From Candidatus Saccharimonadales bacterium (GTDB lineage Bacteria; Patescibacteriota; Saccharimonadia; Saccharimonadales; UBA10212), in assembly GCA_035758565.1 (NCBI GenBank), contig DASTXL010000001.1:396981-460980 (forward strand): 64,000 nucleotides of DNA, written 5' to 3'. Numbering within the stretch: position 1 is the first letter of the stretch; each line of letters begins with the position of its first letter. The notes under the pieces are model-generated. The model was not told the DNA's origin and made no database searches. It worked only from the letters and a program-made list of their open reading frames with translations. Both the position numbers and the translations under genes were made by a program. Positions 28,415-41,900 of the stretch are shown one piece after another.

Positions 28415-31400
28415 TTAGTACTTGATAATGTAGTTAAGGGTCAAGTACGCCCCGGTATCTGTTGGCACATTAGTCTGAGGACCAACCGTTACAGTAGTGT
28501 TAGTTGTTGTGGTAGTGACTGTATTAACACCGAAGCTTGAGGTCGGCCAGTTGTTACCGCCGCTGCCGCCCTGGAAACCGCTGCCTGCTCCGTTATAAAC
28601 TACGGCATTTCCACTCACCGGACTGGTTACCGTAGACGTAGAGTTGGAGGTCGATGTAGAAACAGCTGAGGCGCTGCCTTTGTGGTAAGGGGTTCGGCTA
28701 CCAACCACTACACCCTCGTTGTTGCCTAGAGCGGTTACGTCAGTACGCCCAACCTCGGCTGGGTTCAGTCCAACGGCGGTTCGGCCGCGCAGATCAGGTA
28801 GGTTAAAGGTGGTCGAACCATCACCAACACCATAGGTCGTGCCGATAACGGCAAATAGCGCGGCATAAGTCGTTCGCGACACGGCTGACCCATCGGCAAC
28901 CAGATATCCCATTGGAGCAGTCAAACCAGCATAAGCTTGTATTGTCCCCGCTGGCGTCCCAGCCATCGAAAAGTCATTCCAACTACCATTAGCACAGCCA
29001 CGGAAGGTATTAGATGTTGAATTATAGTAAGTTGCGCCATTTTTACAGGTTGGATCGCTGGTTTTGATACCCATCACCAGCAAACCGTTACCGTCGAGTG
29101 TAAAGTTACCGCTGCTATCCAGAGAGGCCTGCAGAACCCCGTTGGTATAAAAGTCCATCAGATTAGAGCCGGCATCCTGGATTTTCAGGCTGTCAGACGG
29201 TCCAAAGCTCAAGAAATTACCGCCAGCAATCCTAATAGAGCCGTTAACATCCAACTTTTGGCCCGGAGTGGATGTTCCTATGCCTACCCGGCCATTAGCC
29301 GTATCAACGTCTAAGACCGTGCTGGAATTGGAATCCTGAACCTGAAAAGCAGTAGTGGAGTTAATACTGCTTTGGAGCAAGAAGTTGGAATTGGTTTGCA
29401 GAGTGTTGGCGGAGCCACGGTACAAACTAGCGTCGTCCAAGGTCAAGGCGCTTTGAACCACGGTGCCGGTGCTGGAACTATAGGTGGAAGTTGAGCCGTT
29501 CCAGACCATTGTCGGTACAGCTGCACCGGAGTTCATGGTGGTTAGGCTGCTTAGGGCTGGATCAGTATTACCATAACTGTTAAGAGTGGCGGCATCGGGG
29601 TTGGATAAAGTGCCCGTACCGCCGACAAACCACAGGAAGTCGCCATCTGCCCAGCGGGCGTTAGCCACGGAGCCAATATCGAATAATGAATTCATGGCGC
29701 CGAAAGCAGCAGCGGGAGTTTGGTTGGTATTAACGAAGTTCCCTCCATTTACAGAAACATCTACGGCAGAGCCGGTCCAGTAAAATACCAGCGTAAATAC
29801 TGTTCCTTTTGAGAACGGGCCGACCGTCACCGCAGCGTTTGAACCCGTATCGTGAGTACGGGTTATGGCAAGCCCGTTAGTGTTGTTAAAGTAAGCCGTT
29901 ATACCGTGACCGCTACCATCTTCCCAATCGAACAAATGGGCCTCGCCGTTAAGGAAGTTACCAATATCAGTGCTGGCCACATCCGTGCGGAACCTCATAG
30001 CTACCCAGCCCGTGGTACTGCTACCAATAGCTGCAGACGGAGCTCGGATGCGGGCTGCGCTGCGGCTTGAAGTGGTAAATGGCGTCGCATAAGCTTTTTG
30101 CTCCATTTGGATTCCATCTAACCAAGCAGTGACAGACGAACCGGTGTTTTGGATATTTCTAAAGAAAACTTTTCCGCTAGCTGCATTTGAAGGACTGGTA
30201 CAGCCGCCACTAAACCTCTGCCAATCTGTTGATGAGGTCCATTGATTACCGCCACAGGTATTTATAACTGATCCGGTGCCATTAGTTCCTGTGTACCAAT
30301 CTATAGAAAATCCGACGGTAATAGCAGCGCTTGTCTTAGTCCATTCCGAAATCGTGTAAATGGTACTGGGACTTACGTTAACATTCGTCTGGTATAAATT
30401 GTGCCAGTTATTATCACTAGCTACAGAAGCGCTTAAGCTCTGGGTCCCAAACTTAGCCGTGCTGGTATCGTTCCCCGTGCTTTCAAAGCTCGGGTCGCTA
30501 AACATATTTGTTGTAGCCTCCCAAACACCGGTGCTGCTATCCGGTGGAGTCACGCCATCGCCTTGGGTGTTGGTGCGGCGGGTAGCATCGGTAATTTCGT
30601 TGCCCGACATGGTTAGGCCGGTAGAAGATAGTAGGTTCCAGCTTAGCTGAGCACTGGCCGTACCGGAAGCGCTGCCAACGGTACTGGTGGCCTGAAGCTG
30701 GGTGGTAGAGACTTTGAAGTTAGTGGTATCAGCCGTCAGCAGGTTGAGCCCATTAGCGTTCTGGATTTGGAGAGCGGTGGTGGAATTGGTAGCGGTCTGG
30801 AACAAATTAGCATTACCGGTAGCCCACAAACTGCTTAGAGTCTTAAGCGAGCCACCAACCCCGTAAAGTTCGTCGCCCGCGCCAAAGTATACTCCGGTGG
30901 CGCTACTGGTAGCAGCCGCAAAGCTTACGCGACTATTGCTCGTATTTACATTAAAGATATTAGCGCCGCTGGCATTTTGTATCTGGAAAGCATTAGCAGA
31001 GTCGGCTGTGTTCTTAAACATAGCCGTGCCGTTTCCGGTCAGATTGCCAGCTACTACTAAGTTGCCGTCGGTCTTTAAAGTACTATTGGCTGAGCGGTAC
31101 AGGTTGGCGTCGCCGCCTATCAAAATGGCACTGGAACTCACGGTGGCATCGGGCAATAGTATCTGTCCGGTAATGGTATCGGCGGTCAGCAATGGTTGGG
31201 CCGAAGCGTTTTGGATCTGGAAAAAGGTGTGCGATCCGGCAGAAGAATCTTTAAACAGGGCCTGGCCCTGGTTGCCAATGCTGGTGACTACGGCGCCGCT
31301 GCCGTCTTTCAGTTCCAAAAGGTCCGCTGTTTGCCCGCTCTTACCCTTTAATATGCCCACCACGTTGCTGGCCGAGACAGATTCTATGTTAAAGTTAGCG

Positions 31401-32989
31401 TCGCTCTGCAAACTTATTCCGTTTTGGATATAGTTGCCAGAACCGCTGGCCGCCGTGCATCCCCCCGCAGTACAAAGCGTAGAGCCGTTTATCTCATAGT
31501 TACCGGTAATATTTACATTGCCCTGGGGATCTAGCGCATAAACCGTGCTGCCTGTGGAATCTTTACCCTCAAACAAATCGGCAGTCTGGCCACTGGCGCC
31601 CTGGATTATGCCACCAACATCGGTAGCGTCGGCAGAACGGATGTTAAAATTGGCGTCCGCTTGCTGAGTCGTAGTGTTATTGACGTAATACGACGAACCG
31701 GAAGCCGGATTACAGAGCCCGCCAGAACACACATCGGTTCCGTCAATTCGGAACGTGTGGCCGGCGCTAACGTTCACGTCTCCGTTCACGTCCAGCGTGT
31801 AATTAGGCGTGGCCACACCTATGCCGATGCGAGTATTTACGGTGTCGGCTATTAGCAAGTTATCATTACCGGCAGCATCTTGGATCTGAAAAGCGTTAGT
31901 GGCGTTTGTGGCTGATTTAAATATGTTATTGCCAGTAAAAATGTTGTTGGCGTCCAGGAGCGCCACATTGGTGCTTAACCTGTTATCGTTTACCGTACCG
32001 CTTGTTATGTTGCCGGCGTTCAACGCGCTCAATCCTGATCCATCACCGACAAAAGTATTGCCAGCCGCCGTGAATGAATTAATTCCACTGAATGTTTGGT
32101 CGGTGTTTAGACGAGCTATGTTGCCCGAAAGCAGGCTGTCACTTAGCGTTCCCGCGCTCAAATTAGACACATTGGCGTAATAGCTGGCACCGTGTCCCCC
32201 TAGGGTCGCCGCATCACCGGTAAAGGCGAGGCCTTGGGGCTTACAGCCGCTAGCCGTACACACTAACACGGAATTTATAATTAACCCCGAGTTGCTTAAT
32301 TCAGTAGCGCCGCCACCCGAGCTAACAGAGCCAGTTGCCGAGATATCGCCGCCAACTTGCAAGGCAGCGTTGCCAGTTGGAGTGGCGCCAATTCCCACCC
32401 TGCCGTTTTGAGTATCGGCCACCAGCAAATTGGCACCAGCAGCGTTTTGAATTTTGAAGGCAGTCAGGCTATCGGCAGCGTTTTGGATAATAACCGGGCC
32501 GGTGGCGGTGAATGTTTTGCCGTTGGCAATTTTAGTATCTATGCCGAAGGTTACAGATTCCTCACTGATGTCAGCCAGCTGATTCGGGCCGGAGCCGGTT
32601 GAGGCTTGGTTGTTAACCGGCACGTTTGTTCTTGGCCGGTTCATAATATAGAAGGTTCCCGCAGCCAGTGCCAGGATTACTAAAGCTACACCTAGCCATG
32701 ATTTTTTAGACGGGCGCAGCATTTCACGAACCGGAGGACCGGCGAACGGCGGTTGGCTAGGAGGCGAAAAGTCTGGCTGATTAATTAGTGGTTCTGCTGG
32801 AGCGGCGGCGACTCCAGAGATGGGCGGCGAAGCCGTTTCCAGCGAAGAAGCTGTTACCGTTTCAGAGCTCGCAGTCGGTGGAACTAGCGACGGATCTAAA
32901 GGAGTGGTTGGCGGACTTGAAAACATAGTAGCAATACCGCTTGGTGCGGTTGGTTGCGGCTGGGTTAGGTTTTTGTTTTGGTCGTCCAT
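28415..32989 (-). CDS. membrane-anchored fibre protein (1524 aa) with C-terminal phage tail collar domain
   Basis: Pro-rich N-terminus plus TM; AFQIQN and RVGIGT repeats; CBM/LamG-like module; PAGTIQAYAG...VSRTTYAALFAVIGTTYG.GDGSTTFNLPDLRGR collar signature; LNYIIKY end. Confidence 0.88.
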   Translation of the reverse strand: MDDQNKNLTQPQPTAPSGIATMFSSPPTTPLDPSLVPPTASSETVTASSLETASPPISGVAAAPAEPLINQPDFSPPSQPPFAGPPVREMLRPSKKSWLGVALVILALAAGTFYIMNRPRTNVPVNNQASTGSGPNQLADISEESVTFGIDTKIANGKTFTATGPVIIQNAADSLTAFKIQNAAGANLLVADTQNGRVGIGATPTGNAALQVGGDISATGSVSSGGGATELSNSGLIINSVLVCTASGCKPQGLAFTGDAATLGGHGASYYANVSNLSAGTLSDSLLSGNIARLNTDQTFSGINSFTAAGNTFVGDGSGLSALNAGNITSGTVNDNRLSTNVALLDANNIFTGNNIFKSATNATNAFQIQDAAGNDNLLIADTVNTRIGIGVATPNYTLDVNGDVNVSAGHTFRIDGTDVCSGGLCNPASGSSYYVNNTTTQQADANFNIRSADATDVGGIIQGASGQTADLFEGKDSTGSTVYALDPQGNVNITGNYEINGSTLCTAGGCTAASGSGNYIQNGISLQSDANFNIESVSASNVVGILKGKSGQTADLLELKDGSGAVVTSIGNQGQALFKDSSAGSHTFFQIQNASAQPLLTADTITGQILLPDATVSSSAILIGGDANLYRSANSTLKTDGNLVVAGNLTGNGTAMFKNTADSANAFQIQNASGANIFNVNTSNSRVSFAAATSSATGVYFGAGDELYGVGGSLKTLSSLWATGNANLFQTATNSTTALQIQNANGLNLLTADTTNFKVSTTQLQATSTVGSASGTASAQLSWNLLSSTGLTMSGNEITDATRRTNTQGDGVTPPDSSTGVWEATTNMFSDPSFESTGNDTSTAKFGTQSLSASVASDNNWHNLYQTNVNVSPSTIYTISEWTKTSAAITVGFSIDWYTGTNGTGSVINTCGGNQWTSSTDWQRFSGGCTSPSNAASGKVFFRNIQNTGSSVTAWLDGIQMEQKAYATPFTTSSRSAARIRAPSAAIGSSTTGWVAMRFRTDVASTDIGNFLNGEAHLFDWEDGSGHGITAYFNNTNGLAITRTHDTGSNAAVTVGPFSKGTVFTLVFYWTGSAVDVSVNGGNFVNTNQTPAAAFGAMNSLFDIGSVANARWADGDFLWFVGGTGTLSNPDAATLNSYGNTDPALSSLTTMNSGAAVPTMVWNGSTSTYSSSTGTVVQSALTLDDASLYRGSANTLQTNSNFLLQSSINSTTAFQVQDSNSSTVLDVDTANGRVGIGTSTPGQKLDVNGSIRIAGGNFLSFGPSDSLKIQDAGSNLMDFYTNGVLQASLDSSGNFTLDGNGLLVMGIKTSDPTCKNGATYYNSTSNTFRGCANGSWNDFSMAGTPAGTIQAYAGLTAPMGYLVADGSAVSRTTYAALFAVIGTTYGVGDGSTTFNLPDLRGRTAVGLNPAEVGRTDVTALGNNEGVVVGSRTPYHKGSASAVSTSTSNSTSTVTSPVSGNAVVYNGAGSGFQGGSGGNNWPTSSFGVNTVTTTTTNTTVTVGPQTNVPTDTGAYLTLNYIIKY

Positions 32990-32997
32990 TCTTATTC

Positions 32998-35900
32998 TTA
33001 CTGGCTACGCCACCTAACCATCGCACCTAGATTTTCATAGGTGGCATTAACGCTGGCTGTATTGTACTCAACAGATAGTTCACATTCGGCATTTGCGGGA
33101 GCGCCGCTATAAGTGGCGTCTGTCCAATTGGCGATCTGGTAGACGTTGTTGGCAAACACGCTAACCGACGGACCGGTAGCCCACAACGACCCGTAAGGCG
33201 AGGCACTGCTTCCACCGTGGGTATACAAAGAAGCCCGTATATAAGTAGTGGTCCCAGTTCCACTAGAGTTCATATAGCCGGATACGTATATCTGTGGGCG
33301 AAGGCCGGCATTGTATAGAGACATACAATTTGACAGCGGCATGGCACCATATGGCGACCACGCGCTACTGTTTAGGGTCGTAGCTGAAGGCAATTCGTTA
33401 ATTGTTGCGTCGGCTTCAGAGTACCAATGGCCCTGAGCGGCATCATACGTCAGTTTAAGGTAGTCTGCCGGAGCGCTAACTTTTAGGTATACAGTTTCAC
33501 CATCGTGCAGGTTAGTTGTTGGAATGGTTGTTACTATATCTATGCCGTTCAGGCTGTTCCAGGCACCGTTCGCGCAGCCCCTTATTTGATAGCTGGTCGT
33601 ATTGTAGTAGAGCCCACCGTTGGTACAGCCTGGATCACTAGTGGAGGCTCCCAATACTACCGTGCCGCTAACCGCTAAGTTGCCGGCAACGCTAACGTTA
33701 CCGGTCGGACCTACGTTGAACAATATTGAACCGCTGCTATTTTTAACGTCCAGGATGTCAGCTGATTGACTGGTGGCGCCTTGCAGAACCATGGTCGGAT
33801 TGCTGGCGCTACTGGATTGAATATTAATATTCCCTGTTTGAGTCGTCGTGCCGTTGTTTATTCCACTGCCGCCCTGCAAGCTTGGGTTAGCAAGGGTAAC
33901 GCGAATGTAGCCAGGGACATAGTTCCCAGAGCCACCATTACCGCCCTGAACCGTGGCATTAGATACTGCTTCATATGCCCGAATTGAAAACGTATGCGCC
34001 CCCGCCGACGGTGTAATCTCGCGACTTTCCATTATTCCCGTGAAGGTTAAGGCGCCCACATTGTTAGATATGATGGTTTGGCCCATCTTGCCAATAGACG
34101 ATCCGTCTTCGTAAAGCACAAATGTTAATGAAGGATAAGCAGCATTATTAAAGTCTATTTCGGGAGTATAGAACTCGATCATATAGGGAGTAGCTCCGTC
34201 AGCCGTGAAAGATGACGCGGTGACTACAGTGTTGGCAGTTGACTCGGAAGTGGCACTGATTGTTACTGGCGAAGTGAATTGGTTGTAAGCCAATTGATAG
34301 TTACTGCCGCTTGTTTGACTGCTGGTGCCGGACCCGCCGCCGGAGCCACCGTTAGAATCTATCTTCCAGCTTGGGTTACTACTCAGGTCAGGACCCCCGT
34401 CGTATATAGGCGCCGACTGTATCACGCTTACACCAGAACCGCCAAGCACGTATGCAGCATTGCCAGCGATGAATGCCGGTGATAGATAAGAACTGCTCGG
34501 CAGACTATCAGTCGCTGCCCACAACAAAGGATTGTTGATTGGAGCTTCCTGAACGGTCGTTCCAGCCATCAGATAAATATGGTCACCCACTATTAATATA
34601 GTGGCGTTCTGCATATTGGTGTTTAATGTGTAGCCGGTAGATACCCATGAGGTCGGTGAACTAATTGCCGCGCGGTAGATATTGCGCATCGGGCCGCCGC
34701 CGTTATTGCCACCAAACATGTAAACATAGTTGCCAATGACGGCTAGTTGGCTGAAGAATATATTGAATCCGAGCGTACCGGCTGAACTCCAGCTAGTAGG
34801 TGAGCTGATGCTAGCAGTATAGATTACATTGCCCGCCGTATTCACCGCGCTGGCCCCACCGAACAGATATATATTGCTGCCGATGATCGCCAATTGAGAG
34901 TTTACAAGGTTGCCAGGCAAAGTTCCGGCGGCTGTTTGCCAACTATTAATCGGGTCAGAGACCGGCGCGTAATAAATCACGTTGGTTGCCGCCGATCCAT
35001 TATAGCCGCCGAATAGATACACGTAGCTACCTACTACTGCTACTTGGGACTCTTCCAGCGCACCCGGCAATTTAGCGCCTTGGTCAGTCCATGATGTCGG
35101 GTTAGACACAGGAGCCGTATATACATGCTGCGAAGTAGAACCGCCTACATTACCACCGAATAGGTAGATGGTGTTGCCAATAGTGGCTACCTGGCCGCCA
35201 TACATATTAGCCGGCAATGTCCCGGCATTGGTCCAGTCGCTTTCCATTAGGCCGTAGCCGGCGCCAGACCCCGAACCACCGGCGCCGTTACCCGGATTTA
35301 ATCGGACCCAGACGGTACCGTTAGAGCCGGCAGTCTTAGCGCTCATGGCCTGGCCGATTATTCCACCACTTGGGTAGGCAGAATCAGTGGCTTTACCAGC
35401 AGTACCACTAGTTACCAGATAGTCGCCTACGTTCACCGCAGCTGTATCGACGTTGACCTGGTAAATACCGCTGATAGCAATTGGCTGGCTCTGCCCGGCG
35501 CTCATCGTTTTAGTGGCTACGCCAAATACTTTGGTCGAGTTAGCAAGAGTCGTAGTGGTCACCTGCCCAGCATTGTTGGTATCTATTACCACCACGTCGT
35601 TAGCATTTACGCTGGTAGTTACTGTTTCGTTGACGGTCATTATCTGGCTGGCGTTGCCAGAATTATTGAAGCCAATAGCGCCAGTTATGCCTAAATTGCC
35701 ATTAGCATCTACGCTCAGCAAATTTGAACCGCTGCTATTACGGACATCAAGAATATCCGCGCTTTGACTAGATGCACCTTGAATTATCGCAGTCGGGTTG
35801 TTGCCGCTTGCAGACTGGATGTTGAAGTTAGCGGTTTGAGTGGTGGTACCATTGTTGATCCCGCTGCCACCTTGGATTTGAGGATTGGCGAGAACTACTC

Positions 35901-38900
35901 GAATATAGCCCGGCACAAATGTAGTGCCGCCAGTGCCACCGGGACCAGCCTCTACCGTACCGTTGGCGTTAATTCGCCATGCCCGAATAGAAAATGTATG
36001 AGCGCCAGCAGTCGGCGTAAGTCTGCGCGTTACGTGTACAGGATCATAGCCTTGCATATTTGCCCCGCTATATACTTGTCCAAATATGTCGCCTATGGAA
36101 CTGCCGTCTTCATAAAGCGAAACAATTGTATGCCCATCGGCGCCAGCATCTACTCTAGGCGCGAAGAATTCAACTACTACAGGTGTATTGCCGTCTGAAC
36201 TAATAGATGTAGCCGTGACTACTGTATTAGCGGTTGAAGCAGATGTAGCCGACACGGTCACAGGAGCCGTAAATTCGCTATAGGCAAGCTCTGTATTGTT
36301 ATTTGCTGTTTGGCTGCTGGTGCCGGACCCGCCAGTACCGACGTTAGAATCGGTTATCCAGCTTGGGTTAGAGCTAACATCCGGCGAGCCATTGATTATC
36401 GGTGCCGAATAAATCTTATTGCTGTACGCCGTCCCAGTGTAACCGCCCCAAACGTATAGGGCATTTCCAACAATTGATACTCTGCTATCTACAAGCACGC
36501 CATTCATATAAGCGGTTGTTGCCCAGCCCCATACCGGATCAGTAACCGGAGCTCTAAAGATTACTGACACATATCCTCCGTTATAGCCACCCAGAAGATA
36601 TACATAGTTTCCAACGATGGCAAGCGAGGAATTATCCAAACCTGACCCGGTACCCGCATTAGGAATAGTGCCACCGCTATTAACCCACGATGTAGGACTA
36701 CTTATAGGAGCACGGTAGATGGTGTTCAGAGTGGAGCTACCATTAGCTCCGGCAAACAGGTAGACGTAGTTACCGATGACGGCTAAGTTGGAGTCGCCTA
36801 TACCACTAGACGCAGGCGCTATGCTACCAGCCGTACTCCAGCTTAGTGGGTTAGACACAGATGCCGTGTATATTGTGTTAATGTAGCCAGTACCGGTGTG
36901 ATAACCACCAAACAAATATATATTGCTGCCAATTATCGCAAGAGAGCTGCTCGTCAAACTAGTGGACAAGCTGCCAGCTAGCGTCCAGCTACCTACTGGA
37001 TCGGAAACATTCGCTGAATATATATTGGCCGTAGACGCGCCAGCTATCGCGCCGCCGAAGAGATAAATCTTGCTGCCGATAATTGCTAATTGCGAAGAGT
37101 AAAGATTAGCACCGGAAGGCAGGTTGCCAACAGCGGTCCAGCTGGTTGGATTACTTACGGGGGCCCTCATTATAGTTGTAACGCCAGCGCCAGCGCCAGT
37201 CGCGCCGCCAAACATATAGACGTAGTTACCAATGGTTGCTGGAGCACCCTCTACTAGCCCTGGTGCCACTGGCAGTGTTGCCCCGGTATCAATAAAGTCA
37301 CTTTCCATTAGCCCGTAACCGCTGCCAGATCCGGAACCGCCGGCGCCGTTGCCGGGGTTGATTCGGGCCCAAACCGTGCCGTTAGAACCAGCAGCTTTAG
37401 CGCTCAAAGCTTGGCCGATTACGCCGCCACTAGGCGAGCTAGAAGAAGTTGCCATGCCGGTAGTTGAAGAAGTTACGAGATAATCGCCGATATTAACCGC
37501 GGCCGTGTCTACATTAACTTGATAAATACCGCTTACAATAATCGGTTGGCTAACTCCTGCTGAATTTGTAGTCGTAGCTACACCGAATACTTTAGTACTA
37601 TTGGCCGTCGTACTATCTGTTACCTGGCCGGCAGTTGTTGTATCTACAACTACAACATCCCCGGCCGTAACACTGCTAGTTACGACCATATTAAGGCTTA
37701 TACCCTGGTTCTGATTGCCAATGTTGCTAAAGCCAATTGTGCCGCCAACGTTCAAGTTGCCAGCCACGAATGTGTTGCCGTTTGGATCGACGGAAAGCAG
37801 GTTGATATTGCTAGAGTTCTGAACGTCCAGTATGTCGGCGCTCTGACCAGATGTACCGTGAATAGTTGCGGTAACGCTGCTGGGGCTTGCGCTTTGTATA
37901 TTAAAGTTTGCACCGATCTGCAAGGTAGTGCCGTTTTGTATACCCCCACCACCCTGCAAAGATGTTCCGTATTCGGTCACAATAATCACACCGCCGGCAC
38001 CGTACCCACCGGACAGCGACGAGCTAGAAATACCACCCGCGCCACCACCGCCACTACCATATGCGACGCCGGCACCGCCGGCAGTAGTGTAGTTCCCGCC
38101 GGCGCCACCGCCGCCAAAGTAACTAGCGCCACCATTGCCACCTGATTGACCAGTGTAGTTATATGCACCGTCATTTCCGGTGCCGCCAGTAACGTTAACG
38201 TCGCCCCCCGTACCTGTGCCACCCGTGCCTCCAGCAGGGGCAGTGCCGCCGCCGGCATCTGTGCCACCGGTGGCACTCAATGCGCCAAAGGCTGTTGTGC
38301 CACCGCTAGTATGAGCGCCACCGCCCCAAGGAGCACCGGCTGCTCCCACTGCATAAGAGTAGCTGGAGCTTGGGCTTGATATAAACTTACGGACGTAACC
38401 ACCAGCACCACCACCACCGCCAGAACCATATTGATTTCCAAGACCACCACCACCGCCACCACCAACAAGTTCAACCTGCAAAGATGTTACGCCCGCCGGC
38501 AGATTAAACGTTCCAGAGCCCGATGTATAAGTTTGAACACCCACAATACCAGATCCACCACTGCCACTTCCACCGGAGTTAGAACCTCCTATGCCATAGA
38601 TTACAAGCCGGCTGCCAGCCTTGAAATTAGATCCGTTCATAGAAATAACCTGGATCCTATTGATTGCCGAGGTACTAGTCCATGTATCCGACCACGTGGA
38701 GCCATCAAGGCTGGCCGCAGTGTAGGCAACGTTAGAGCTATTAATAGCAGTGAATGATTTATGGAAAGAAGTTCCCGCGTAATTTGTGATGGTCGCCTCG
38801 GAACTTCCGGCGGCAAACGTGTTGTTTGACGCGCTGCTGCCAGGTAGCCAGCCGATAGAGGCTGAGCTCATCCCGGTATTAGCGGCACCGTTTACCGCTG

Positions 38901-41900
38901 TGTTATTGCCTTCGACTTTCTGGAAATCATAGTCCGCGCTTGAGTCGCCATTGAATCTAAGTGCTATCTGATCGAACTGACTATTCATAGCCGTCCTACC
39001 ATAGACAGCAATTTTGAGCTGGCTATAAGTACCAGGGATACTAGATACATCGAAGCCGGCGGTGTCGCTAGTAAGAGTAGAGTCATAAAGTGTAGTCATC
39101 CCGCCGCCGCCGGAGCCACCGGTTCCGCTAGCCGGCTTAATCAGCGCCCAGACTTTACTGCTGGAAGCTGTACTTGTAGCCTGACCTACCACACCGCCAG
39201 TCGGCGAGCTTGAGGCCATAGCCTCACCTGCGCTGCCGTCCGTAACCAAGTAGTCGCCAATATTGACTGAGTTGGACCCGACATTTATCTGGTAAAGGCC
39301 ACTGACGACAATCGGCTGATATTGCCCAGCGCTCTTGGTTTGAGTGGCGATACCGAATACTTTAGTAGAGTTTGCAGAGGTACTGTCGGTGACCTGTCCG
39401 GCGTTAGCAGTGTCTATGACCACCACATCGCCGGCGGTAACGGCACTCGTGACCTTCATGTTCAAGGTTATACCTTGATTGGCATTGCCCTGATTGGCAA
39501 AACCAATATTACCTTTGACCGTCAGGTTGCCGCTAGGATCTACCGCTAGCAGGTTAGTGTTACTTGAATCTTTGACTTCCAAAATATCGGCGCTTTGTGA
39601 TGTGGCACCTTGGATTACCGCAGTGACGCTACTAGCAGAGCTAGACTGAACATTAAAGTTAGCCGTCTGAGTGGTAGTGCCGTTAGCGATACCAGAGCCG
39701 CCCTGGATCTGCGGGTTGGCGAGAGTAACGCGGATGTAGGCTGGAGCATACGAACCTGTGGTGCCATCACCACTTCCCACATATGCCTGTCCTCCTGATT
39801 CAAAAGCCGCAAATGTAAAGGTGTGCGATCCGGCTGAAGGAGTATATCTATAACTTAGCACCCCTGCTGATGACTGAAACGTAGACGGTGAAGAGCCATC
39901 TGTATTAAATATGCCGGGGATTTTAACCACTGATCCGTTGTCCAAGATGGCGATGAACAAAGTACCACCATTTGTCGCCGGAGCATAGTAATAAGGCGAG
40001 TATACCTCTACATTTATAGGAGTATTGCCGTCCATGGTTATGCTTGGAGCAGTTACGATGGTGGTGTATGATCCAGAGCCAGTGGCAGTAACGGAAATGG
40101 AGTTAGAGTTTCTTTCGGCATAAGCAAGCTCGTAATTTGTATTCGCTGTTTGGCTGCTGGTGCCGGAGCCGCCGCCAGTAGAATAATTAGAATCCGTAAT
40201 CCAGCTCGGGTTAGCGCTCACATCCGGCGAACCGCTATATATAGGAGCGGAGTAGATGCTCCCAGAGTACCCACCAACTCTTATCCCGCCGTATAGATAT
40301 ATGGCATTGCCTACTATTTGCAAGCCACCCATAGTCAAACCGTTGGGCAAAACTGAACCAGTATCAGCCCATCCGTTTACCGGATTGCTAACAGGGGCTC
40401 GCCAGATAAAGTTGGCATAACCACTGTTGTAGTATCCGTCAATTAAATAGATGTAGTTACCTATTATGGCAAGGTTGGTTGAAGCATTAGCCGTCGATCC
40501 AGGGAAGCTGCCGTTAGTCGTGGTCCAGCCAGTTTCAGGACTGGAAACAGGCGCGCGGTAAATAGCATTAACTGTACTACCGGAGCTGTTGATGCCACCA
40601 AACAGGTAAACATAGTTGCCTATAACTGCTACCGAAGACTGCCTAAGCGCCACAGGAACAGTGTGGCCCGTATCAACAACGGTGGCCGGAGAACTTATAG
40701 ATGCCCGATAAATCTCGTTCGTATAAGTGCTGGTGCCATTTAGCCCACCGAAGAAATATATATTGCTGCCAATTATAGCTAAGGATGATTGATTAAGAGC
40801 TAGCCCGCCCGGCAGCGTTCCGGCAGAGCTCCACGAGGTTGGATTGCTAACCGATGCCGTGTATATAGCATTTATTGCTGTACCTGTATTGTCTATGCCG
40901 CCATACAAATAGATGTTGCTGCCCACTATGGCTATTACGCTGTTCCTAACATAGTTTGGCAGATTAAAGCCCGTATAAGTAACATTTGTGGGGTTGGATA
41001 CCGGGGCGGAGTATATTTTGTTTGTCGCCGTAAATGTGGAAAGATCGGCGCCGCCAAAGAAGTAAATAGTGTTCCCTATAGTAACGGTCTGGTTATGGGC
41101 TATGTATGGAACGGTTGCTCCTGTATCAGTGAAGTCGCTCTCCATCAAACCATAGTTGTTGGAGGAGCCAGATGAGCCACCCGCCCCGCCAGCTGGTTTA
41201 ATTAGAGCCCAGGCTTTATTGCTAGATGCCGTACTCATGGTCTGGCCGATAACACCACCAGATGGACTCGCGCTGGTAGTAGCCTGACCGGTGGTAGAGC
41301 TAGTGACTAAGTAGTCGCCAACGTTCACGCTCGTCGCACCCACATTAACTTGGTAAATGCCGCTGATGACGATCGGCTCTGAGCCGCCAGTCTGGGTCTT
41401 GGTAGCAATACCAACGACTTTAGTAGAATTCGCCGTTGTAGAATCCGTCACATAGCCGGCATTGGAAGTATCTATGACCACCACATCGCCGGCGGTTACA
41501 GAGCCGGTGATATTTTCGTTGATAGTAAGGGCCTGGCTAGCATTGCCGGCATTACTAAAGCCAATTGTGCCGCCAACCGAAAGATTACCAGCAATAGAGA
41601 CATTGCCGGTTGGACCGACGTTAAACAAATTAGTTGAACTAGCGTCCTGCACTTCAAACACATCGGCAGATTGGCTGGTTGCGCCTTTCAAAATTCCAGT
41701 GACCGATGTTTGGCTAGAGCTTTGCAAATTAAAATTTCCGGTCTGAACAGTCGTACCATTCTGTATCCCCGCCCCACCCTGCAGCTGTGGATTAGCCAAT
41801 GTAATACGGATATAGCACGGATCATGGTCAGTCGACACGCTAGTGCCACAAAAAATCTGACCTGTACCCGAGCCTACTACTGCTCCTGCCGAAAATGTAT

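Noticed and set aside
21828-33500. Diversity-generating retroelement targeting the fibre C-termini
   Set aside because: No reverse transcriptase in the window and no template/variable repeat pair differing only at adenines was seen. A remote DGR cannot be excluded.
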